From Cirrosporium novae-zelandiae (Eukaryota), in the NCBI GenBank assembly GCA_026023565.1, contig JAPETS010000009.1, positions 620,001 to 684,000 of the forward strand: a stretch of DNA of 64,000 nucleotides, written 5' to 3'. Within the stretch, counting starts at the first letter, position 1; each line of letters starts with the position of its first letter. The notes beneath the pieces are model-generated. The model had not been told where the DNA came from, did not search any database, and worked only from the letters and a program-made list of their open reading frames with translations. The position numbers were made by a program, and so were the translations under genes. Below are positions 38,601 to 50,061 of this stretch, one piece after another.

Positions 38601-40918
38601 GGTTATGGTATATATGTATAGAGAGACCGCGAGGGGATATTTGAACAGGGTTCTCCATCTCATAGCGAGGGGGGTCTTATCTATATGTGTACTACATTTA
38701 CTTCATCGTTGTTGCTGATATGCTTGTCCATCATATATGAATATAAAATTTCTGCTCTTGAGAGATAAAAAAATCGGTGGTGGTGTTATATTTTACAAGT
38801 TATTCTAGGTAAAATTACCCCTGGCGACTCTTGTATTTTATTGGGATTGAGGTCAGTCTTTCCAAGTCTACGACGTACATGTAACTTCAGCACGCTGCGA
38901 GCTATCATTTCGACATAACCACACGTGGAGAGTAAGCGAAAGTGGAGGCTTGATTTGTTGTTACTGCTATCCCCCTATTCCTTGTTAATGGAGATGTCAT
39001 GTCATGACATCTCTTGCAGTACAGCTGGCTGCCCACGTTGTCTTCTTAGGGATGGACGGTAGAGCAGCAATATGGATCATCCACTACTCCGTGCAATTCA
39101 TGAGAATTAATACGTACGTCGTGTCACCTTTAAGGTTAGGAATGTACCGACGGGTATGCCAGGTATTACCTTGTCAAAGAGTGGGGTGTCTGTGTGGGGA
39201 ATTGAGATAGCTGAAACGAATCTCTGCCACGTATTCTGAAACGAGTTCAGAGCTATATACAGACCAATGATATCGAGATATTCAAGTTCGTGATGTAGCA
39301 TACTAACGGTGACTACCCAAGCACCCCATGAATGCGGAGACAAAGGAGTGGTCAAGGCTGTCTTGAATGGGATTTCCAATGGTAAGAAGATCATGGAGCG
39401 GGTGATATCCAAAAATGGGCCTATCACATTTGACGGTCTTTCTCTCCAGTAGGAGCTGTGGATACATATGGAGTGAGGAGCACTTAATTGTCACATCTGG
39501 TCCCGACCGACTGGTGGGCCGAGGGGCCGAGAAAATCATCGGGGGGTTGGTTTTTCAGGAAGTTGGGTTTTCCTAAAGCACTTTTCGCGTACACAAGGTT
39601 ATTCACAGGTAAGAATTTAGATTCGCCACTCTATAATCGCACTATAACCGAGAAGTAGAAAATCAGAGCTGAGAGATTGAGGTCTGAGATGGAATATTGG
39701 AGGTATTGTGTTGGGCAGGCTAACAAATTGTTTAAAGTGGATGCGAGAGAATGTTAAGGTAGACATAAACTTGGAGAACGTCGGTGCAAGCTGTTCCAGT
39801 TACTTGACATGTTATAGGGAAAAGACATCAGGGGAATAGAAGCTAGTGAATATTTCGTGCGCTAGCCGTGGTATACTAACGTTCAAATATTGCATAGCTA
39901 TCCAATGAAAACCTTGGTGAGGAGTCTTCCTTGGTCAAACCTGCTTCCGTCAATATCTGATAGCTCCTCATCGTCATAATGACTATGCATGGCTATCGCT
40001 TATTAGATAAAGGTTGTTAGTAGCATATCCATGTATGATATGATATGTATGACGCATGGATACGCTTGATCACTCTAGAGATGCTAGCCATATTTTTCTC
40101 CATGAGTCCACTGAATTTGGTTGCATACATCTTGCTATCCGGAGCGGTTCCCCCTGTTCCCTGACGATAACTAGTATCTGCTGATGCTTCCGAGAAAGTC
40201 ATTAATGGGTTGTCGAGAGTGAGCCGTTGACATTCATATTCTCAACGCCACCAGGAGCTATTCCAAATTATGAATCTCTCTAGCCGACACATGATAATTA
40301 TTTGCTCAGCCAGGACCATCTTTCAAAGTCACAGTGGACTCAATGTCAGGATGATAGCCGAAAGGAGGCTGTCAGGTGAGAAGCCGAACGCGGCAGACAA
40401 GGAATTTGGGAATTTCAGCTGTTATATATCTTTATGAGATTAGCACCAGCTCTCAAGGAAAGTGACACAAAAGTCAAAACGGTTGTGAGGTGGCATAATA
40501 ATAAACGCATAGCAAACAATAACAGCAAGGAAGTTCTGCTGTCAAGAATGTGGCAGACTAGCAATCTTTGGTAATGATTGTTTCCCGAATCTTGGCGAGT
40601 AGTGAGTCGTAGTCGAAGGAATCAGTAATAAGTCGTACAGATAATTTGTGTCATGGAACATGAACCCAGAGCCACACGAGGAGATTAACAAGGATGAATA
40701 AAGGTGATGGGGGGGGGGTTAAGGCTGTTAAATGATGATGTTCTAGAAAATGGAAGTCTACTACGGTACGTGGATGGTGGTTTGACATAGTCTAAGTGGC
40801 AATTATAAACGAGGGCCACTTCATCTTTTCTCGGTTATTGTTACGGGTTTTCTTTTGTGTCAAAATTGATTGCCTTGTTTCTTGGGCCACCAAATTATTA
40901 ATTATGCCTCTTACTCAG

Positions 40919-40999
40919 GTCAGGTAAGGCCAAGTAGGACCAAGTAGGGCCAAGTAGAGCCAAGTAGGGCCAAGTAGGGCCAGGTCAGGTCAAGTAAGG
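40919..40999. repeat. Tandem 10-bp repeat, consensus GGCCAAGTAG, about 6 copies
   Basis: ggccaagtag gaccaagtag ggccaagtag agccaagtag ggccaagtag ggccaggtca, with degenerate flanks. Confidence 0.92.
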
Positions 41000-41997
41000 G
41001 AGCGAGCTACCAAGCTACATAGAATCCTTTATTAGCTATCTACGTCCAGTACAACGGCATGTAGAAAATTAGTTGGATTGAGTTGGATTTTTGTGTATTC
41101 CCAATTGCTCTTTTGCATTCGGTGAGGCATCTATGTTACATCATATCTATTCCAATCGATAATCCAAAGCCCTTCAGAGGTACTCATGTACTTCAAAATA
41201 TCACCCACTGAATTTATCCTTGGTTCCGTCAGCCTTGCTCGATGATGCATCATTTGGTGCATTAGCTTTCCTTTGGGCAACTACCACCACCAACTTACAC
41301 TGACATCCATTCCCATCACTCAATTCCCCCATCCCCATCCCCATCCCACAAAGACAAAAAAATTGAATACCCGCACCTAGCACCTAACACTGAACATTGA
41401 TGCCCGAAAATAATACCACCACCAAAAAATCTTGTCCATACCCAACGAAAACCTACCCACTATCCCATTACCCACTATCCCATTACCCACAGACACAGGC
41501 ACAGACACAGGCACAGGCACCTGTACAGGCTCAGAGACATTGAGAAACATGACGAGAGACACTGACAATGCGCGGGTGAAGCGCTTGAATGGTCTGCCGC
41601 TAACCCGATATAGCAACTCGCTGCTCTCAGAAACCCTCAGTTGCTCATTGATAGGTTTCCTCTATCGAAAATCAACTCCGGCCTTGCCTCCGCCCTATTT
41701 CCCAATTGCTCCGTCTCTCACCTGATCCTGGATAGAACTATAGGTCTGTGTAAGAGCAATTGCTCAATCGCACCAATTATCATTCTTGCCGGCCAACCAG
41801 ATTGGCAAGACCCTTTTCCTCTGCTCCGAACCATGGATCAGACCGCTTCGAATCCACTATCATGGAGGGTCCTGCTGTCATCCTACAGGACATCGGTCCA
41901 GACGAAACCTTGGCTAGTAGGAAAAGGAAAATGTAATTGAGCGGGGTCAACAAGATATCGGTTAGAGAATATGCCGGGACATTCTACGAAAAATGGG

Positions 41998-42005
41998 TAT
42001 AAAAA
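41998..42005 (+). promoter_or_regulatory. TATA box (TATAAAAA) upstream of the KXD1-like gene
   Basis: Consensus TATA about 280 bp before ATG 42282, followed by a CT-rich tract. Confidence 0.5.
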
Positions 42006-42281
42006 GAGGTCTTGAGGCAGGAGAAGGAAGGACTCCTCCTGCTTCTCTTTCTTACCGCTTCAAAGTAAAGCTCTATTCTCAAACAAAGACTACAAATCTC
42101 AGCTTCAAGCTTCCGTACGCATCCACCCTAACAGTGTCCGTTTGCTAAGAACACTTGCTTGCTACTACTCTTGTTTGTTTCACACACACTTTAAACCTAT
42201 TGGGTCTTGCTGTCATTGATAGCTCCTTCTCATCTACTTGCATTTAAAACTTGTTGTCGTTACATTATAACTACTGCAGCC

Positions 42282-43057
42282 ATGTCTTCCATTACATACC
42301 AAGCCCCCTCTCTCCCTATCACCATGCCCTCGAAGTCTCCCTACCTACCTCCCACTACGACTTCCTATACAAGAGCACCCAGGGGAGTTTCACCCCCTGA
42401 AGCCCCATACAGCGCCACCGCCTCAACATCTGGAACTTTCAGTGCTTCTGGAAGATCCAGCGACTATGCTGGTAGTGCAAGCGGGGAATACGAAACCAGC
42501 TCCGTGGCTTCAGCTCGGGGGGTTGACCTTGTTGAGCTGTTAAATGACCGCCTCCCGACCGCTTTCGATACCATGCCATTGGACAAAGGTTTGGCTAGGC
42601 AAGCTCAAACGTAAGTTAACTTCCAACGCTCTTAAACTTCAATCTCCCAGTCATCTCATCTCGGTATGCTTTTCCATTTGTGTTGGCACTCCTTTTCTCG
42701 GGACCCGACTATTTTCCCGGAACTCAATCCGCAAAACTTTGACTTGCGCTAAAACATTCCCCTCAGGTCCGGCGAACTCAATGCCAAACAACGGGAACTT
42801 ATGGAGCTACAAGCTCTTGCCCAACGTCGCCTCAAAAGTACGCGTGCTAATTTTGCCGACGGAATGAAAGCTGCCAAGGAGGTGAAACGAGATCTAGAGT
42901 GGACACAGAAAAAAGTCAAGTAAGCAATTCTGCATTCTCAAGTTTGAAATTAATGGCTGACCATGAAATTAGCACCCTCAAAAGCAAGGCGGAGAGAAAA
43001 CATCCAGAAGCTTACCAGCGAGCCAGCGAGATGTATCCCGCCCCATGCGACTACTGA
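42282..43057 (+). CDS. KXD1: KxDL-domain protein (BLOC-1/BORC subunit KXD1-like); exons 42282-42610, 42767-42919, 42973-43057
   Basis: Spliced translation: ...RLPTAFDTMPLDKGLARQAQT|SGELNAKQRELMELQALAQRRL...KEVKRDLEWTQKKV|NTLKSKAERKHPEAY. KxDL motif (KRDL) and canonical introns. Confidence 0.85.
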
Positions 43058-44040
43058 ACCTGTTCTCCGTTTTCATATTGCTGAATTTATTATCAATTTT
43101 TTAATGCCCATCTTCTTTCCCCTCAGGTTGGCTGTTTCAAGTTTGTTAATACCCACAAAAAAAAGGAGGACATTTCGAGCAAGTTACAACTGGGTGAACA
43201 TATTTTTTTCTTGAATTTTTCTTGCGATGGAGAAGCTCGTCTTTGGAAGAAGGTCAAAATAAACTTCTCCGCCCTGTAGGGCTGCCTCAGAAAGTGTTTG
43301 CATTAGTGTCCGAAGGCCCGCCTTCATCTTGCATACTGGGGGTGTGGTTCTGCCATGTGGCAGGTGTGGAACCGGTCCTTGCAGCAACATCTCGCGCTCG
43401 CTGCTTTTGCTTTTTAGGTGCTTGTGTTAGTCTGTTTGATTGACGCGCGCGCTTATCTACTCTACAGCTCCATTTTATTCGTGACAAGTGATTTTCCAGT
43501 TTTTTTTTTTTTTTTAAATCTCTTACGATTCTGGATGACCTTGACGCCCAGGCTAGGACGGAACGGGGTGTGGGATGAATTTAAAGTGACGGCACGGGGA
43601 TTTTCTTTTGAGCGAACCAAAGGGAACTGAGCTTTTGGAAGGGGTGGCTGAGTCAACTTGTTATGGAGGTGCCAAAGGCCGTTAGAACGGTTTACTAACG
43701 CCCGAGAAAAGAGGGTCCGGAATCTTCTTGTGTATGTGTTAATAACTCTCTCACTAGGAACTGAAATAGATGTTCATTTCTTTTGCTTTTGGATACCCCC
43801 CCTTGGGGTTTCCGTTCCCTCTTGTACCTTGGAGAAACTTGGGAATACGATGGATGCAGCACCGGCGTGTGATAGCGTGTGTGATGAGCTGTATGATGGG
43901 CTCGGTTCTGCGGGATTGTGGATGCGTAGGGGGTGAAGGATCCTGGGTCCTTGTTTTTTCTTTTTCTTTACGGGGGTAGTTGGGTTGGGAGGGCAGGTAG
44001 AGCCGGGGGGTGTGGGGGTGAGAGTGTGAGGGTCGGGTCG

Positions 44041-44100
44041 AGTAGAGTAGAATGGAGTAGAGTAGAGTAGAGTAGAGTAGAGTGTGGTGTAGTGTAGAGT
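44041..44100. repeat. (AGTAG)n pentamer microsatellite
   Basis: Repeated agtag units. Confidence 0.85.
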
Positions 44101-45320
44101 GAAGATCTCGTTCATTACCATTACCTGTGGAAGTTTGTGGTTGTATTGTAGGATACTAAAAGTGTAATGTGGGTGAGTGGGTGAGTGAGTTGAGTTGAGT
44201 GGGTGTGTAAGAATAACCCTAACTAGTTAGGTAGTTGAGCAAAGTGTGGGGGGAGGGGGTAAGTCTTGGGTTTTGTTTTCCCGTAAAATAATATTAATGG
44301 TGTGTGTGTTGCTGCCTTGGTGGGTGGTGGGTAGATAGGGGGTTGCATAGATAGATAGATTACTTCTTGTACAGTGCGTATGTATATATATATACACGTA
44401 AGTCCTTTCATCTATCTATCAGTAAATTATAAATACTATACATCATTATCATCATGTTGTCATCTTATCTGATCTGATCTGATCTTTTTCAGGTCACCCA
44501 TCACATGTGCCACATGACCCCTTCTTGGGAGGCGAGGCACGAGGCACATGGACTCTAAGTTGACCTTCACTAGCTCCCTTTTTATCGGATCGTTGGCCCG
44601 GCAGTAGAGTAACTCAGCTACTACTACACCCCGAACCCCTGATTGCAAAGAGGGGAATGACTTTGTTAAGCCCTAATAAATGGATGGGTGGGTGGATGTT
44701 CCTTTGGTGATGAACCTATGGACCTAAGCACCCTTTCATATCAAGTCTTGCATGCGAATTCGGTTCCAAGCAGAGGGGCTATCATCTATCAAATACCTAT
44801 TCAGTATCAGAGATAGCCAATGTTTCTTTGGTAATCTGTAGATATGGATCTTGGGGTTCCAAACAACCGAGCAGCTCCTTCGGATCGGGTTTGGGTATTG
44901 AAACGAATATTAGGGTGTAAGCAGTGGCTCATAATGAAGTGATACCGAGAAATGAGGTGAGCTTGATCAACGACGGATTGGTACGCAACGGCTCTGGAAA
45001 GAAAGGGGCCTTTGAACCATAACTCCGGGACGGTAAAGCAGGGGTGGCAGGTGGGATGATGGTTTGATAATATGGGGCATTGGTATTTAGGTCCTTACAT
45101 GTATACATCTTTTGCTCGTTGGAAGATCGGCTCGCCCCTTTAGGTTGATCTCAGGATGAATTAGAGACATCAATGGATTTGTTGGCGCTTGATGTTGGGA
45201 ATTGGCAAAACGACACCTTATCCAGGCGGGGAGTATCAATATCCGACGGTATGCCATGGCTGAATAGGGTTCAGAGTATTAAATTTAGGGACATATCAGA
45301 CTGCATGTGCTAGATTCAAG

Positions 45321-45680
45321 TTAGGACAATACCTTTGAAGGACATGGGCCAAGCAAGGTATTCACACCTGCATAGCCATCTTCCTGTAACTCTTCCTCTC
45401 GCCTTGTTTCCAAAGTAAGGGTCAAATGGGTCCAACGGTGTGCTAGCTGGTGCAGGGTTAGGGCTGTTGTCCAATGTTGTCGGTTGGTATCATCTATAAG
45501 AGCAGGTGCGTGCTGAAGGTTGTTCTGGGCTGGTACTAGGTTGGGCCGAGGCAATTGGACTGGTCCAGTAGCATCTCTGCCGTGCCTTCGTTCTATTAGA
45601 AGGTTCTGAATGACGAGAATGGAAGGCGGAAGAGCAACGAAGAGACTGATAATTGCGAGAATTGCTTCAGTGGAGAGCAT
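45321..45680 (-). CDS. Small hypothetical protein (119 aa) with a single N-terminal hydrophobic/TM segment
   Basis: ATG-started ORF MLSTEAILAIISLFVALPPSILVIQNLLIERR, a signal-anchor pattern followed by basic residues. Confidence 0.55.
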   Translation of the reverse strand: MLSTEAILAIISLFVALPPSILVIQNLLIERRHGRDATGPVQLPRPNLVPAQNNLQHAPALIDDTNRQHWTTALTLHQLAHRWTHLTLTLETRREEELQEDGYAGVNTLLGPCPSKVLS

Positions 45681-46309
45681 CGCTTAAGCTCGTTAAGGAA
45701 AGAAAATCTGGGTTTCAAGTCTGGGTTTGAGAGATGCAAAGAAATCAACTTCCAGGCTGAAGGGGACATTTTAATACTATATCAATTGTCCTGCTCATGA
45801 AAAAATCAATAAGGAAAAGTCACCAGGTTAGCCTATGCATGGCTACAGCAACCGGAACATAGGAAAGATTATGGTCATCGCCAATCGCGAGTGACTCCTA
45901 AATAATTATCTTATTGTCTCAGGATGATATATTACGGCTCAGATTTTGGAATTATCAAATAATCATCTGCAGATTGATAGTTGGCCTGTCCAGATTTTGG
46001 AATTCTCCAATATTTAATTATCTACCTAGGTACGTAGTACAACTATAGTATGGTAGAGGCTTGGAGTTTCGCTAAATTGAAGCCTTCGTCATCCACCCGG
46101 TTGCTCCCAGATTCTGGTTTTCGCCAATGGCTATGAGGAACATAGAAGAAGACAAGGGTGATTATGTCTTTCGCACAACAGGGGTCCAGCAGATTTTGGA
46201 ATTATCCAATCTACTCTTGCCATATTCTTTTGTGCAGAACAGTTGGCTGTTCAGATTCTGGGATAGACCAATCATCCCCTAGAGGCAGCAACTTCATTTG
46301 GATGAGAAT

Positions 46310-46561
46310 ACATGACCTACAGTTGATGTTAGAAGCTGGTGCAGATGTGAACGCCCTCCAGCCATGCATGGTGGACGGGCGGCGCTTGAAGGAGCCACTG
46401 AGCATGGTCGTCTGGACATAGTCCAACTGCTCTTGAACGCTGGTGCAATCTGTGCGGAAGAGTTTGCAGAGAAGGAATACCATCTAACAATAGCCAAAAT
46501 GATCAGAAACCACCGAGAAAGATTATACAGGCACGACGAAGACGAGATGGATATCTGTTAG
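46310..46561 (+). pseudogene. Ankyrin-repeat gene relic (C-terminal fragment, frameshifted)
   Basis: LQLMLEAGADVNA in one frame continues as PAMHGGRAALEGATEHGRLDIVQLLLNAGA in another. One extra C at about 46354 restores the frame. No upstream coding sequence is recognisable. Confidence 0.75.
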
Positions 46562-46799
46562 AGAGATATTTCCCTTTCCTTTTTTTTTTGACTCTCAAGA
46601 CCCCATGTTTCCCCTATTCTCAAAAGCCGGCGTTATTTCCGGATGGATGGATGCATTTCGCGCAATTCTCTTTGACCAGATAGATCGGAATTGAATTTGA
46701 CCTTTGATTTGCATTCTGGCGACGATTAGTTCAACACATTCCACTCCCATTTCTAGGTTGAAGCCTCTCTGGGAGGGAGGCCATAGACTGACAGACAGA

Positions 46800-48720
46800 C
46801 ACATGTTCCTTTCTAGGAAATCTTACTTACTTACAGATATAGAGAGAGATAGAGAGAGGGGGGGGAGACAGGGAGACTCGTTTGATGTCTTCAGAGTTGC
46901 ATACCACCCCCCAGGAAGGAAGTCTTATACACAGATAGAGCCTCGCCGTTCTGTGAAAAGAAGATCACGATCACGATCATTTGCACTCTCCGCTCCACCG
47001 CCCACGCTTCCAGGGCCATGCTACTCCCCCTTTCCATCCATCCATATAAAAAACCCAAACCATTAAACCACCAAATTACCACAAAGTGAACACAACCCCC
47101 CCCCTTTCCCCCCTTTCCTTTCCTTCCATTTCTCATTACAATGACAACAATATCCGAGTAAAACTGGAAATAGGAAATAGGAAATTAGAAACACGAAATA
47201 TTTGAAATCTGGATGAGAGAGAGAGGGAGGGAATATGGGTTTTTGGGGGGATTGGGGGGATTGGGGGTGGTAGGGATGGATGGATAGGAGCAGGAGGAAA
47301 AGGGGAAAAGAGGAAGTGATGGTGGTGATCAAACACATACACACATACATACATATACTTATTTGTACTCGTACTCGTACTTGCACTCCCCTTACCCATC
47401 CTATCCCCTCCCCCCATCCCTAAAAAAAACCATGAAATGAAGACAAATCCGCCTACCAATTTATTTATCTTATCATATATTATCTCCCCAAAAAGGACAT
47501 CGTTCACTGTTCATCGTTGGATAAGATAAGGACTTTCCCACTTCCCTTCCCTTTCCCTTTCCCTTTCCCCTTTTCTTTGTCTTTTTTTTTCCTTCTTTTT
47601 TTCTCGTTTTTTCTGAAGGGGGGCCTAATTAGCTAGTAGGAAGTGGGAAGTGGGAAGTGGGGTAGGGTTAATTGGTGGGATTGGTATGGGATTGGCATGT
47701 TGGTACGGATAGTGGGAGAGGACGAAAAGGAGGGAAGAAGAGGGAGAGGGAAGGAGGGGGAGAAGTAGGGAGAGAGAGGGATGGATTATATGTATATATA
47801 TAGCTGTAGGTCGCATCTCTCATATCCCCCATACGGTACTTCCATACTCCCGCACCTCCTGTATCCCATATCCCGGTGGGGTCAAGAAAGATGGATAAAT
47901 ACACACACACTCATCAACCCATTCACCCTCCCCCTCCCCCCCAAAAAATCAAGAAATGAAAAAAAGAGTTCGGATACACAATGTTCGGAGCAAATTTGAT
48001 TTGATTTGATTATTCTTTCTCTTTCTCTTCCCTCTGTGCCTCTATAGGGTTAGAAACGTGATATGATGGGGAAATGAGACAGGTTACTCGGACTTAAAGT
48101 CTAAATTCTATTATATACATGTACAAACTAGGTAGCTGCTGGGCTTTTGGCTATTTGTTTGGTTAGGAGAGGAAGAAAGGAAGAAATCAAGGGCGAGAGG
48201 GGTAAGAAGGTTGAAGTATTTTGTATTCAGAGGGGTAAGTGAGGGCGGGGTATGAGTTACCCAGTTGGTTCTGTTTGATCTGATTTGGTTTGGTTTATTG
48301 GAAGGAGGGAGTGGGAGTAGAGAAAGGAGGTAAGTAGGTAGGTAAGTAGGTAGGTAGGTAGGTAGGTAGAGGAAGTAAGGAAGGAAAGGAAAGACGGGAG
48401 GGGTTGAAGTATTCAGAGGAGGGGGTGGGTGGGGGTATGAGTTATCGGTTTTGTTTTGTTTTGTTTTGTTTTGTTTTAGTAGTTAGTTGGGTTTATTAGA
48501 GGGAGGGAGAGAGGTAGGTAGACAGATGGGTAGGTATGTAGGTAAACAGGCAGACAGGGAGTGGGAGTAATAGTAATAGTAATAGGGCACCTCGGAAGAA
48601 GTGGAAGAGGAAAAAGAGGAAGAGGAAGATGCCGCTTGAAAATATATATATAATAGATATAAAAAAGGTCCATTCATCATTTATCATCTTATTCTTCATA
48701 CTTGAAAAAAAAAATCAATT
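46800..48720. repeat. Microsatellite-rich low-complexity intergenic tract
   Basis: (GA)n, (CCCTTT)n, (GGTA)n at about 48330-48368, (GTTTT)n at about 48447-48476, and G/C runs. Confidence 0.75.
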
Positions 48721-48744
48721 CTACTCCGTCCATCTCACCTCACC

Positions 48745-50061
48745 TCACTTCTTCGGCGGCAGCGCATTCACCTCCGCCCTCTCAACACCAGCCCCATCAA
48801 ACCCGCCCTCCCTAGTCGATTTCCTCCCCTTCAACAACCTCTCTTCATCCTTCTTTCTAATCCACTCCCTCCTCGCCTCCGGTGTCACGAGTTCATTCCA
48901 GAAGGTAATTTCATCATCCCTGAGGCTACCCGGGAAAAAAGTCTCGACGAGGCTTTTGCCCACACCCGGATACTCGATCTCGGTTTCCATGAGCGTGCGC
49001 ATCACCTTAGGGAAGAAAAAGTGTTTGTCATATTGGATGTGGACGCCGAAGGCGTTGGGGCGTCTCTTGGCGCCCGCGACGTAGATGTTTTGGATCATGC
49101 CGAGGGCGCCGATGGCTACGAGGTACCAGGTGTGTTCTTGCAGGCCGGATACCGTTATCAGTAGTGCTGTCCAGAATACGGCAAGGATGACGAGACTGAT
49201 GCTGGTGAAGCGCCATTTTGTTCCTTCGCTTGCGGCGAGGTCTTTGAGGTCGAGACCTATGCTATTTCCCTGAATCACGATGACGTGCTGGGACCCGTCG
49301 CCGTGGGTGAGTGCGCATGTCTTGGTGCTTGATTTCCGACAGCTCCATTTTTCCAGTGTCCATTGTGGGAGTGCACCTGTGATGTATGCCAGGAGGGAGC
49401 CAGCGGCTGTGATGAGAAGGGCTACCCATTCGCCATTGATACCCCAGGGGATTGCTGCGATGCCGAGTTGGATGACGGTTACGACGAGGCCAATGACCCA
49501 CAGGTGGTCGTAGGCCGGTTTGCCTTGTTTAAAGGGCTTGATCGAGCTGTAGATGGATACGCAAAGACCAATCTTTGAAACGGGCCCGCGGCCTTGATGT
49601 TTCCGCTTTTCGTTTTCACTCACCAAAAGCGCTTCCACTTCGCGTTTTGGTTCCGCATCAAGCCAGTATTCAATATCGCGCACGATCCGGCCCAGTACCC
49701 ATGACTCATTTGATCGTTTGTATCCCGTATCGCAGTTTATGATTTCAGCCGAGTAATCAGCCTCCGGCATGAGTTTCTGGTTTCCAAATACAGCAAGAAG
49801 CACGCTATAGGCGTATGCCACCCAGCCGAAGGAGAAGGTCACGGGCGTGAGGACATGCCCTGAGAGTTGGCCGAGAGATTTCTGGATAACATCGCCACCG
49901 ATGATTAGGAGGAGTGAAAGAATATCACCGGGGTTCGACCACTGCGAGCGAAGACTGGAGATTACACTCGAAGAGTTAGATGATGAGGTGGTCGAGTTCG
50001 ACTGGGAATTTGAAGCCAGTTTTTGGAGTAGAGCTGCGGCGATAGCTGGGAAGGGAGCCAT
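48745..50061 (-). CDS. Uncharacterised intronless multi-pass membrane protein (438 aa)
   Basis: Long ATG-started ORF with several hydrophobic segments and motif-like blocks QWSNPGDILSLLLIIGGDVIQK, PVTFSFGWVAYAY, NESWVLGRIVRD, LPQWTLEKW, LDLKDLA and PGVGKSLVETFFPG. Confidence 0.85.
   Translation of the reverse strand: MAPFPAIAAALLQKLASNSQSNSTTSSSNSSSVISSLRSQWSNPGDILSLLLIIGGDVIQKSLGQLSGHVLTPVTFSFGWVAYAYSVLLAVFGNQKLMPEADYSAEIINCDTGYKRSNESWVLGRIVRDIEYWLDAEPKREVEALLVSENEKRKHQGRGPVSKIGLCVSIYSSIKPFKQGKPAYDHLWVIGLVVTVIQLGIAAIPWGINGEWVALLITAAGSLLAYITGALPQWTLEKWSCRKSSTKTCALTHGDGSQHVIVIQGNSIGLDLKDLAASEGTKWRFTSISLVILAVFWTALLITVSGLQEHTWYLVAIGALGMIQNIYVAGAKRRPNAFGVHIQYDKHFFFPKVMRTLMETEIEYPGVGKSLVETFFPGSLRDDEITFWNELVTPEARREWIRKKDEERLLKGRKSTREGGFDGAGVERAEVNALPPKK

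Noticed and set aside
39000..39600. Minus-strand ORFs with an intron-like GTTAGT...CAG segment
   Set aside because: The spliced frame stops soon after the junction and no family is recognisable.
41719..41750. CCTGATCCTGGATA, similar to part of a TPP riboswitch
   Set aside because: The remaining conserved riboswitch elements are missing and no thiamine gene is nearby.
1859..43057. Apparent clustering of membrane-traffic and lipid genes (Ark1, ceramidase, COG8, Arp11, DGK1, KXD1)
   Set aside because: They are interspersed with unrelated housekeeping genes and these categories are common; no evidence of a functional cluster.
44214..44223. TAACCCTAAC, resembling a telomerase RNA template or telomeric seed
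   Set aside because: A single 10-mer inside low-complexity sequence with no recognisable pseudoknot or other telomerase RNA elements; compatible with chance.
33693..46210. Short repeat arrays considered as CRISPR-like
   Set aside because: Eukaryotic context, no regular unique spacers and no cas genes.
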